Shown here piece by piece: positions 13,896 to 28,359 of a stretch of DNA of 64,000 nucleotides (position 1 is its first letter; every line of letters starts with the position of its first letter). The position numbers and the translations under genes are program-made. The notes under the pieces were generated by a model. The model did no database searches. It was not told where the DNA came from and saw only the letters and a list, made by a program, of their open reading frames with translations. Source of the DNA: the human T2T-CHM13v2.0 reference genome, Homo sapiens; assembly GCF_009914755.1 (NCBI RefSeq), contig NC_060933.1; one strand, 5' to 3'.

Positions 13896-14335
13896 CTTTT
13901 TCTCTTTCTTTCTTTCTTTCTCTCTTTTCTTTCTTTCTCTCTCTCTTTTCTTTCTTTCTCTCTCTTCTCTCTTTCTTTCCCTTCCTTCCTCCCCTTCTTT
14001 CTTCCCTTTTTTTTTTTTTTTGGAGATGGAGTCTCACCTGTTTCTTTCTTTTTTTAGAGAAGGTCTTACTCTGTCACCCAGGCTGGAGTGCAGTGAAACA
14101 AACACGGCTCACTGAAGCCTTGACCTCCTGGGCTCAGGCAATCCTCCCACCTTAACCTCCCAAGTAGCTGGGACTACAGGCACGTGCCATCACACCCAGC
14201 TAACTTTTTCATTTTTTGTAGAGGCAGGGTCTCACTCTATTGCCCAGGGTGGTCTCCAACTCCTGGGCTCAAGTAATCCTCCTGCCTTGGCCTCCAAAAG
14301 TGCTGTGATTACAAGCGTGACGCACCATGCCCGGC
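13896..14335 (-). mobile_element. CT-rich low-complexity tail plus AluJ-like element
   Basis: (TCTT)n tract at 13896-14020 followed by a reverse Alu. Confidence 0.85.
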
Positions 14336-14932
14336 CCTATAGCTGAACCCCGGCCTATTATTGTTTCTGAGTTAAAGATAAGAGCAGAGCAGGCATTCAC
14401 ACTCAGGCCACTGGTGGCCCAGCCCAGGCTTGAGCCCTGCCTGTGCCTGCCTCTGGACACCTTGTCACCCCTGAGGGTGTCCCAGACACAGGGATCCAAC
14501 CCCAGGCGGTGGCAACAGGACGGCTTGGGGACAGCCAATGGCCGGGGGGCGGGGAACCTGTGGGTAGAGTCAGCGCTGGAGGGCACAGGGGGTTACGTGC
14601 AGTCAGAGGCTGGGTCTGAGTCCCTGCTCCCCACATGTTAGCTGTGTGGCCTTCTCCTTCCTCGGTTTCTCATCTAGGAAGGAGGATAAGAGCTGCCCCT
14701 CAGCGTCCTTCTGGGAATTAAAAAGCATGCGAAGGGCCCAACACGGCGCCTAACGCACACTGAGTGCTCCAGAGATGCTGGGTGTGGGCGTCACTGTCTC
14801 TGACCCACCAGATCTTGGGAACGCCCCTTCTCCTTCCTGGGCCTCGGTTTCACCGTCTGGCTAGTGAGTGTGGGTGCTTCGGGCCGCGAGTTTCGGCTGG
14901 GATGGGGGCCCAAACCTGCTTAGGCCACTCAC

Positions 14933-14988
14933 CTCTCGGAGATGCGGCCGGCGGGGTAGAAGACGCTCTGCATGACGATGAAGTACGT
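14933..14988 (-). CDS. PIP5KL1: PIP5KL1 exon 7 (56 nt)
   Basis: TYFIVMQSVFYPAGRISER; cag| ... |GTGAG. Confidence 0.93.
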
Positions 14989-15076
14989 CTGGGGGCCGGG
15001 ACAGGGAGTGAGGGAGGCCGGCTGTCGCCCTCCAGCCGCCCGCTCCGCCCAGCCACCTCGCCTCGGCTTCACCCAC

Positions 15077-15111
15077 CTTCTTTCCCCGGTCCACCCGCAG
15101 ACTGTGCACTC
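15077..15111 (-). CDS. PIP5KL1: PIP5KL1 exon 6 (35 nt)
   Basis: VHSLRVDRGKK; restores frame between exons 5 and 7. Confidence 0.9.
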
Positions 15112-15427
15112 CTGGAAGGGGAGAGGGCGCCGGATGAGGATCCCCAAACTCCACAACCCGGGGTGCATCCGGCGCCAATCCCAGCGCCAGGCCACGCCTC
15201 CTTCTCAAGATCCGCGGCACCTGGACCCTTCCTTGGCTGGTCCGGATCCCGACCCGATCCCACCCCTAAACACAGCCCCAGTGGTGCCCCGCCCCCACGT
15301 ATGGCCCCACCCCCATGCCCTACAACCCCAAATCCGCCCATTTGGGCCCCGCCCACATACCCCGCCCTCCCCAGGTATATGATGACCTAGGACCCGCCCC
15401 CACCGAGCCCCGCCCCCAGCCAAGTAC

Positions 15428-15552
15428 CCAGCAACCGCGCCAGCAGCGAGTGCGGGTGCCGCTGCAGGTGCTGCACGTAGCGGGGCAGGTGGGCGAGCAG
15501 AGCCTGCACCTCTCGGCGCCCCTGGGTCTTCAGGAAGAAGCGCTGGTCGTGG
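15428..15552 (-). CDS. PIP5KL1: PIP5KL1 exon 5 (125 nt)
   Basis: [41 protein letters not shown] (ATP-binding Lys region). Confidence 0.94.
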
Positions 15553-15844
15553 CTGGGGGGCAAGAGAAAGAGGTCACTGCCCAGGCCTGGCTGGAGCGGC
15601 TCCCACCCGGCCCCCTTCCCCGACCTGTGCACGTGGATCTCGCTCCCAGGTCTCGGCACCGCCTCTCTCGCCTTCGGCCCTCGCCCTCCTCTCCTCCCCG
15701 ATCTGTCCACCATCCGGCCCTGACCCTCCCAGATTAGGGCCGCTCTGTTTCTCTCTTCAGGGGGCCTTCCCCGCCACTGGGAATTCTGCCCTCCCAGCCA
15801 GGGGTACCACTCCCACCCCTGCCCCACCCCTGCCGCAAGCTCAC

Positions 15845-15999
15845 GACAGGAAGAAGCTGGCCTTGCTCTTGGAGGTGCTGAGGAACTGCAGGTAGGGGCC
15901 GCCGGGGCCCAGCGCAGCCTGATAGTCCTCCTCCGCCAGGCCCAGGGAGCGGCGCAGCCAGGCAAAGGCGGGGCCGGCCAGCGTGCCCAGCTCGAAGCC
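15845..15999 (-). CDS. PIP5KL1: PIP5KL1 exon 4 (155 nt)
   Basis: [30 protein letters not shown]...[12 protein letters not shown]. Confidence 0.94.
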
Positions 16000-16212
16000 C
16001 TGCAGGGGAGGAAGAGCCTCCTCTGGAGTGTCTGCGTGGGCCCGGGTGTGTGCAGTTGGTCCTGGGACAGGAGGGTCAGGGTGACCACACCCTTCCTGCA
16101 AGGCTCAAGTCTCAGGGACAAGCCTTCACTCCCACTGCACAGATGGGAAAACTGCAGAGGAGAGAGCAAGACCAGCACACGTCCCTCCCACACGGGAGTC
16201 TGGGCCTCCTAC

Positions 16213-16263
16213 CTCGTGAACCTGGGTTAGGACCTCCGAGAAATCGTCCCGGGAGGGCGGCCC
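16213..16263 (-). CDS. PIP5KL1: PIP5KL1 exon 3 (51 nt)
   Basis: GPPSRDDFSEVLTQVHE; ctgcag| ... |GTAGG. Confidence 0.9.
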
Positions 16264-17467
16264 CTGCAGGGAGAGGTAGAGGAGCTCAGGGCAACCCTCA
16301 GTCCCCTGCTGCCTGCCCCAGGATCTCCAGATGTCCTGCACCTGGCCCGTCCCCCACCTCCTCCAATTGGATTCCTTCAGCAAACCGGGACCGGAGTTTC
16401 TGAGAGTGCCTGAGTTGGGCAGATGCATTGCTCACCTCCCAGGGATGCCAGGGGGACAAGAGTGACCCACGGCAAGGCCTGAGTGTATCTCATCCACTCT
16501 GGATCACCAGCACCAGGCCATGAGTTCAAGCCAGGCACGTTCCCAGACTCACAGGCTGGCCAAGTGAAGCCAGATTCTGTCCAGTACAAGGGGGTGGCCC
16601 TGAAGCCAAGGGACCTGCCTGATGCAACCTGGGAGGGGCAAAATCAGAGAAGCCTTCCTGGGGGTGGAGACCTCTAAGCTGAAATCTAAAGGGTAGTGGA
16701 GAGGAGGAGCAGGGTGCTCGCACCAGTAGAAACAGCACTGGTGGCTGCCGGCAAGGGAAGGAGGGCCCAAGTGGCTGAAGCCAGTGAGGGAGGGATGGAG
16801 TGTGAACAAGGCTGGATGCAGCTGGATCTGGAGGTCATGCTGAGTATTGGGGAGCCATGGAAGCTTTTCAGCAGGTGATGAGGTCAGTTTGTGATTTAGA
16901 GAACTCCCTCGAGTCTCTACACTTTCCCTGGATCTCCAGGTCCCTGTGCCCGGATGTGGTCTGTGGAATGTGGTCCCACTGCGCACACAGGCACACACAC
17001 GAACACCACACACATGCTCACCCAGGCCCGCCCAGCTGCTGAGCTTGCAGTTGGGCCACCTTTCTGCTGAGCCAGCCCTGCCTCAGCCTGAGCTCCAGAG
17101 AGGATGGGCTAGGCCAGCAGGGTGGGGGTGGGGGTCCCTTTTCAACCATACACCCTGGCAGGGCTGGGAGGGCCTCAGAAACCAAGGAGTATAATCTCCC
17201 CCCATTATACAGATGGGGACACTGAGGCCCAGAGAGAGGCAGAGACCCACCTAGAGTCACACAGCAACCACCTGAGTCAGGGGGTTCCTCACACCCCCAA
17301 CGCACCCCAGACGTTCCAGCTCCCACACCACAATGTTCCTCCCTCTCTGCCTTCCTCCCCTTGATATCCCTCTCTGATCCCCACACCTGCAGTTTCAGCC
17401 AGACAGGGCATCAGCCAAGTCTTGCCATTGCTGGTGTGGAGATTCGTGGGACAGATGGGCCACTCAC

Positions 17468-17665
17468 CGTGGGTGGGTGGTCCATGGAGACCTGGGTGGC
17501 AGCCCACAGCCCTGCCTGCATCATGCACGTCATCCCATGCAGTTCATGCCCCGGGCTGATCTCAAACAGGCCCAGGCGAGACTGCTTGTCTCGGAGGCGC
17601 CAGAGAAGCCCCCGCCGGCTGGAGGTGACTGCTCTGCATCCAGCCTCAGGGGAGGGGGCCAGGAC
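17468..17665 (-). CDS. PIP5KL1: PIP5KL1 exon 2 (198 nt)
   Basis: [66 protein letters not shown]. Confidence 0.92.
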
Positions 17666-18319
17666 CTGGTGGGAGGAGGCACAGGACACAGCCTGTGGCA
17701 GCGTCACAGAGGAAAAAGATCAGGGTTCAAGTCCCACTTCCACTACTTGTGAGACTTCCCCTCATCTCTCTCTGCCTCAATTTCTTCAGCTGTAAAATAG
17801 AGATGATGCTGGTACCCAGAGGGGCCACACAGTGCCTGGCACGCAGTCAGCACCCGAATAGAGCAATGGTTATGATTATCAGTAGATAGGGCGTGCACTC
17901 TGCAGTCAAACCTGGCCTTAGATGGACCGTCTCTCACCAACCTTGTGACCTTAGGTAAGTCACCTAACCTTTCTGTGCCTCATTTTTTCATCTGCAACGT
18001 GAAAACTAGAACAGCTTCTTCGTGGTAGGTATGAACTCTTGTTACTTTTGAGTTTGAGCTCCTTGCACGGGAGCCCTTGATAGTAGGAGCTGTGATGCCG
18101 GTGATTCAGTCACATCTATTCCATTCGCCTATGCTGAGCGCCTCCAGGCCAGCACGGAGGGGCCAGCACGATGCTTTTCATAGCCGCTGACCCACCAGTA
18201 GTGGGCATCCACCGCGTGCCCCGCACTGGATGAGAGCTTGACCTCCTAACAGCTCCCTGAAGGAGGAGCTTTAGCATCCTCTCCATTTTCCCAATGAGAA
18301 AGCTGAGGAAGTGTTGAGG

Positions 18320-18890
18320 GATATCCGCCAGGCCGCCCCTCGGGATACCTGGCGCCCCGTGTGGGGCGTGTCCTGGTCTTCGCCGGCTGCAGGGCCCCTC
18401 CCAGGCTTGGATGGGGGCGTGTCCGCGCCGCTCGCCGAGGGGAGGCCCGGCCCCTGCCCACCAACCCTTCCCTCTCCTGTCCTCTCTCGGGTCCGCACCT
18501 ACCTCGCGGGGCCCCGGGCTCGGCGCAGCCATCGCCCCCGCAGCAGCTTCCCGGGCTTTGGCCGCATTCCCCGCCGCCCCGCTGCAGGAATCAGGCCCCG
18601 CCCCTACCTCGCGGCCGACCAATAGCATGGCGCCGACTGCGGCTGCATCCAATCCACGCGGGAGGCGCTGGCGATCGCCTGCGGGTCCCGCCCCCACGGC
18701 TGCAGCATCCTTCAGACCTCGGTCCGGCTGGGGCGGGGCCGCCGGACATTGGCTGGGGTCCCTCGAAGGGAGCACCCCCATTTTCCGCCCTCGGCGTGGG
18801 GACTCGGGTCGCTAGGGCCGCCTGGGGAGGCGAGTAACCTAAATCCTGTGCCACCCACCCATTCCGGCGTGAAATCCCCATTGCCCGTCT
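18320..18890 (-). promoter_or_regulatory. CpG-island promoter of PIP5KL1 with CCAAT and GC boxes
   Basis: CCAAT at about 18619 and 18649, ATTGG at about 18748, CCCCGCCCC at about 18596. Confidence 0.8.
18503..18532 (-). CDS. PIP5KL1: PIP5KL1 exon 1 coding part (MAAPSPGPRE); the ten exons sum to 1185 nt = 394 aa + stop
   Basis: gcgATGG Kozak context, donor GAG|GTAGG, inside a CpG island. Confidence 0.92.
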
Positions 18891-19703
18891 TTTGGGTGAA
18901 AAAACTGAGAGATCTAGAGAAAGAAGTCACTACCTCTAGGTCACACAGCAAAGTCGGGGACATCCATTCATTGAACACATAGATATTGAACACCCACTGT
19001 GGGCCAGCAGTGCTAGGCCCTGGGGATTTAGTGGTGAGCGAGAGGGAGGGGCTCAGCTGCCCGCGTGATCTTTAAAAGCATAACTTGGATGATGTCACTC
19101 TCGTGCTTAAAGCCTCCAGTGGCTCCCATGGCAATGGAACAAAACCCAAACCCCTCACCCTGACCCCAGGCCCATCTCAAACCACTCACCCTACACTTAA
19201 CCACTGAGCCGCCCGGCCCCTCCTGTTCCTTAGCCGCCAAACTCTCCCATTCAAGCCTCTGCATTTTGCTATTCCCTCTGCTTGAAACTCTTGACCCCAG
19301 ACTGCTACTCGCCTCGTTCTTTCGTCACCTTGCCAGACTCCAACAGAGCGCTCCCCTCCCCCCACTCCTGATCACATCACCTTTATTTTCTTTACCACCC
19401 TAACACTGTCAGAGACTGTCTTGTTTATTGTTTATCACGTCTCCCCCTGGAGTGGGAATGCCATGAAAGCGGGGCCATGTCATTCCTGCCTCCTGGCTGA
19501 GTGCCTGGCACAAGCCTGTGCCGGATGAGTGTCTATGGGACCAAGGCGAGTAGGACGTGCAAAGGGCCTTGGTGAGTCCAGGAAGTGAAAGGCCAGAGTG
19601 GCTGGAGTGAAGAGGGGAAAGCAGGCTGAGAGGCAGGGCCCTGTGGGGACCCAGAGAGGTACTGTGAGTATGGGTGTGTGTGTGAGGCACCAAGGTTCGA
19701 GGG

Positions 19704-20814
<1,111 letters not shown>

Positions 20815-21271
20815 TAGTTGGACTGGTGGGGCCAGAGTGGGCAGGAGAAGCAGTGAGGAAGCCATCTGTGACTTAGGGCAGAGGATGGTGGCTTTGCATC
20901 AGGAAGGTGGCTAGAGGCCAGGAGAAAAGGGGAGGGAGAACTGATAAAGCTCAGGGTCCTGTGGATGGGGGGATAAGGAAGAAAGCCAGGTTAGGGACAT
21001 GGTACACCAGTCACTAGAGGGGGAAGGGCATGAGGGGAACAGCCAGATTTGGGAGAAGTCTGAGAATTCAGCTCATGAGAGGATGCATTTGAGTTTCCCA
21101 CCATGGCATCCGATGAGGATGTCAGGTGGGCAGCTGGGCCATGTGCAGTGCATCGGGCCAGAGGTGAGCCTGGCAAGGGTGAGACGGCTTGTGACACAAC
21201 CCTGAGGAGCCCAGCATCACATGGCAGAAGACGGCATGAGTGAGACATCAAATAGCAGAATGATCATCACA

Positions 21272-22138
<867 letters not shown>

Positions 22139-22889
22139 TTAGTGGGAACTACTGGATTGACGGAGGGCCTGTAAGTGGGATCCCAGAGCACACTCAGGGA
22201 ACAATGGGAGGATCCCATGGAGATCTTTCTCACAACAGGGGGCGCCAACTGTGACCTCAGGCTCCCACTACAGTAGTTGGGGGTTTAGGATCCAAAGCCC
22301 AAGTGGGCAGTTCTGCCTGGACTGGAGGACAGAGCATGGAGCAGGTGGGGACAGGGCAGGTGTCTGCAGTTGGCCTTTTTCCTCTGTGATGAGGAAGATA
22401 CCTCCACCAACTGGAAGAAAAGTGAGGGAACCGGGTTTGAGGAATGGGGGTTTACACTAGGTGCCGTGGAAAATGGGAGAGCCAGCTGCCCAGGCACGGT
22501 GGGACTGCTGGAAGGCTAGGGGCTGGGCCAGTCCAGCCAACCTGAACACAGAGCAGCCTTCACTGCTCAGGGCCACGTTAAGTTGGGCTGTGGGGTTTTT
22601 AGGGGAGTGGCCCAAGGGTCCCTAAAGTAATAAATCCAACCCGGCCAAGCTGGCACAGGGGAGGCATGGCAGAGGGGTGCCAGGGCCTCCAATGACTCCC
22701 AGCTGTGAGCTCCATTGGGTAGGAAGCACATCTGTCCCAGTCCCTGCTTTATCCCCAGCGCACAGGGTCAGGGCAGAAGGCCCCCGAGTCACCCCTACTG
22801 TACAGGATCTCCTGACCCAAGACCACTCCCAGCCCGCTCCAGCCCCGACCCTGGGTAAACACGGCACAGAGACAAACACACCATCAGTG

Positions 22890-22895
22890 TTTATT
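22890..22895 (-). terminator. DPM2 poly(A) signal AATAAA
   Basis: Minus-strand AATAAA followed by a GU-rich downstream element (TGGTGTGTTTGTCTCTGTG). Confidence 0.8.
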
Positions 22896-23497
22896 GGTCA
22901 GCTGTCCCAAACGGGCCAGCCCTGGGGCTTTGGGGCTGGGCCTCCGTGAGGAGAGGTCAGTCGGTCAGCGGCCCGGGGTGGCTGCCCTGAGCCCCAGGGC
23001 TGGTCCTGGGGTCTGTCAGTCCTTCCCCAGGCTTTCCAGGTCCAGAAGGCTTTGTGGGGTCTGGGGCTGTGTCAGGGTAAGGAAAGCTGCCTTGGTGGAG
23101 GAAGAGAAGTCAGAGAGGTCACACATGTGGCCTTAGAACCTGCTAAGTCCAACGTCAGCATGTGACAGGAGGGGAAGTGAGGCAAGACGGCAGAACCCAG
23201 GGGAAAAGGTGGCAGGGAGTCTGAGAGTGAGGTTGGGAGGACCAGCATCTTTTAGGCCCTGAGCAAGAAGGAGGTGACCGGAGTCTTCCAGGTATCCCTC
23301 CCTCCTAGCTTCTGGAAGTGGGAGTCGGGGAGGGGGCTCCAGTCAGTCAGGTGTAAGCTCCATGCCATGGGGACTCTGCAGGACAGGCAGGCTTGAGGAG
23401 CCACTGTGCCTGGACAGGTTCTGCAGGCTCCCCCACTTGGTCCCTGTGCTGGAGGGGAAGCAGAGAAGGGGCTGGCAGCCTCATCCCTGCGGGACCT

Positions 23498-23556
23498 TCA
23501 CTGAGCCTTCTTGGTCACTCTCTTGCTCTTCAGCATCACGTAGGAGATGAACAGTC
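23498..23556 (-). CDS. DPM2: DPM2 exon 4 coding part (LFISYVMLKSKRVTKKAQ*)
   Basis: ccag| acceptor; C-terminal KKxx ER-retrieval motif; stop TGA. Confidence 0.96.
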
Positions 23557-24134
23557 CTGGGATACACAGACCAGAAAGGCCACATAAGATCTAAGCTCAG
23601 GGCTGCTGGGAGGCCAGGGCATGACACAGCAGAGCCACCCACACACAGGGCTGTGAACCTACCCAACCATCCTCCAGGGAACCTGCTTATCTCCCTAGTC
23701 ATTCGTCAAGGCATATGTCTACTCACATTCACTCAACAAACACCAACTGAGTGCCTGCCTCAAGCAAGATGCTGCATTTAGTGTTTCAGATTCCAAGGGG
23801 AACAAGATCCACCCATCTATCGATCACCCGGTCAACCACTTGTCTGTCCACCTACATACCTACCCACCTCCTCCTACACCTCACCCACCCACCCATCCAT
23901 CCACCCATCATCCAGGCACCCGGCTGTTGACTGACTCATCCAAATGACTTTCTGAGCACAGCCTCAGTGCCACAGCCTGTTCTAGATGTGCAGTAATGAT
24001 GGAGACACAGTCCCCATCCCTAGGAAGCCATGAGAGAGAGAGGTGCAGGAATTAGAAGCCAGGGTGACAAGAGGGTGACTGAGGTGTGAGCAGAGTGATG
24101 ATGGGGTTGGGGCAGGAAAGAGGTAGACAGGTCA

Positions 24135-24509
<375 letters not shown>

Positions 24510-25098
24510 CTAAGGGGCTGACCCATTCAGAGGACTGGGACTGCATTTGCTTTTCTTTAAGATTACGGCATTTGGGTGTCGTGGTTTGTTTCTTTCCTTA
24601 ATTTCTTATTGGTATTTACCGGGCACTTGCTTTGGTGCCTGCTATAGGTTGGTGGTGGGGACAAGAGAACAGGGCACAAGAGACCTGCCCTAAGGCACCT
24701 CACAGCCTAGCAAATGGTACTTGAGGAATCCTCGACTGACTCCCAACCTGGGCCTCCAGGGCTTCTTCACTAATATTTTTTCTCTAAAGGATACCAAGTT
24801 CTGCACTTCCAGACACACTGCACTTCTTAAGCAATAACCAACAAGTTTTCCCACAAGAAAAAAATATCCTAAAGGCCTTCACAAATATCACTGGCGTTTG
24901 CCATGCCTAAGAGTCAGCAGGCTAACCCAGAAGGAACAGAACTCCCCCAAAAGTCAAAGCAAGCCGGAAACAGAGTTATAAGTGTAGCGGCTAAGGATGC
25001 AATCTTGGGCCAGATCCTTCTCCCCTAGCCTCAGCTATCTCATCTATAAAATGCGGTACCACTGGCATCTTCCTCATAGAGTTGTTCTGGAGAGTTCA

Positions 25099-25317
<219 letters not shown>

Positions 25318-25593
25318 TCAGCTGACGAAGTGACCCTCTATTTCGGCGCACTAATGGAAGCGGGGCGTCGCGGCCCGATCACGGTCTAAGCTTCCCATTC
25401 AACAGATGGTAGAAGGCTGACTAGGGATCAGTTTCTAGGCTGGGAGAGAATGCTAGGCCTCCGCGTTGTCGTCCGTACAATAGTGGGGGCGGGAGAGCAA
25501 TCCCCGTTCCAAGTGCCCATGCCCCAGCTCCTGAGCAGACCCGGGACCCCACCCCCAGACGCCCCTATCTCCGGCACACGGTGCCAATCTCAC

Positions 25594-25596
25594 CAT
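25594..25596 (-). CDS. DPM2: DPM2 exon 1 coding part (ATG only); dolichyl-phosphate mannosyltransferase regulatory subunit, 84 aa in total
   Basis: GGGGAAATG|GTGAG; exons sum to 255 nt. Confidence 0.92.
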
Positions 25597-25599
25597 TTC

Positions 25600-25830
25600 C
25601 CCGCGCGCTCAGCCACCCGAGCCGCAAGCCACATCCGGTTCCGGGTCCACGCTCTTCCGGCTTTGGACTGCGGAGCACGCCGGGAGTCGTAGTCCCCAGG
25701 CCTGCTCGGGCCCACCTCGTCGGAGACGAGCAGGAACCGCCTCCTCTCCTTTGCATATCGGCGAAGTGTAGTTCTCAAGAGCATTGTGGGGCCGGTTGCT
25801 GCCCGAATCTCTCTAGGGAATGGGACCGAG
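25600..25830 (-). promoter_or_regulatory. DPM2 CpG-island housekeeping promoter with ETS (CCGGAA) and ZNF143-type motifs
   Basis: TTCCGG at 25639 and 25655; minus-strand ACTACnnnTCCC/CCCACAATGC motifs at 25675-25798. Confidence 0.8.
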
Positions 25831-26452
25831 TTGGGGACCCAGACTCCCTGGCCTTCATGGCCACAGTCCTGTCGCCGCCCCACCAAAAGCCAATCTCTAA
25901 GTATCCCAGAGTCCCGGGGCCAGAGTGGGATGGGAGTGCGGGATCGGAAGTTCCATTTTTCAGATGGGAAAAGTGAGGCTCAGAGAAAGGTAGATCCCAT
26001 TCCGAGTCAGTGGTGAAGCCGACACGGAAACCGGGTGCCCTACTTAGTCTGTAGGTGGGAGAGGTGCAGAGAACGTTCACTTTCCAGCCTAGGGTGGGCG
26101 GGGGAGGGTCTGTCCCTAGCCCGCATGGATGGGGAGGATTTGGTGGAGAGGAGGCGCCCTCCTCACCATCGCCCGGCCTCCCGGGCCACCCTTCGGATGT
26201 CCCCTCCCTTCCTTCACCGACTGCCTCTCGCAGCAGCCCAGACACGTTTCGGACCGGGACCCACGCACAGGCCCCTCCCCGGTCTTGGAAGGCCCTTCCT
26301 CTGAGAACAAAGAGATGTTGGGCCAGATCATCTTCCACGCTTCTTCAGCTCCGAGATAGGAACGCGGTCCCCCACCACTCACAGGCCGGCTGCTCCTCAC
26401 CCATCCGGTCTCACTGGGACGCCACGTTCCTCAGGGAAGCCAGTCGGGAACG

Positions 26453-27562
<1,110 letters not shown>

Positions 27563-28359
27563 CAAGAGCAACTTTTTTAAACCTACAGTCCAATTCTTTT
27601 CCCTTATCTCTCAGGAGACTTTGGGCTCACCTAGGAGCCCACTTTTACCTCCTTCCTCAGTTGTGCATATAACAGAGGAAGGGGCAGAATCGGCCTTCAG
27701 GGTTTAAAGGGGCCATGAGTCGGGGTCAGCCCTGAGGAGGAGTGGGGTGAATGCTATCCCAGGATAGAGATGGAGCCCTGGTGGCCTGATTCCTCCTGGC
27801 CTGGCCAGTACCACTGAAGCTTCCCAACACCTCCAAGCTTATTAAAGAACCAGAGTGACTTGCCTGTCCCAGAGAGACTTGGGATGGTCAGAAACGGGGG
27901 TGAGGGGCCCGGGGCAAGCCAAGCCTGTAAATGATGGCAGCCTGGGGCTTTAGTTTGGGAACACACTCACACCTCCTGCAGGTCAGGCTGCACACTCGTG
28001 TTATTTGATAACCCCATCTGCAGGTGAGGAAACTGAGGCACAGTTATTTGTCCTCAGGCATGCTCCTTAGAGGCCACTTGATTGCAGAGAAGGTCTACAG
28101 AGCAGTGGTTAGAACTTGGCCCTGAGGACAGAGCTTTTGCTCCGTATGAGGCTGGCAGGTAACGATCTTCTCAGTTTTCTCCCCAGGAATCTGGAACGAT
28201 GAAGGTGATGATTGTGCCTGTGGCCAAGACCGGGAGAACCCTGGATCCCTACACCTTCCCCACCCCTGGAATGTCACTATACATATCTGACTTCTTCTGA
28301 TGTTGCCTTTGACCCTAAAGTCAATATGATAAAGTAACAAGGTAAAAACAAAACAGCAA

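Noticed and set aside
28187-28341. Plus-strand acceptor/donor pair suggesting an antisense lncRNA exon
   Set aside because: Weak donor and no independent support from sequence alone.
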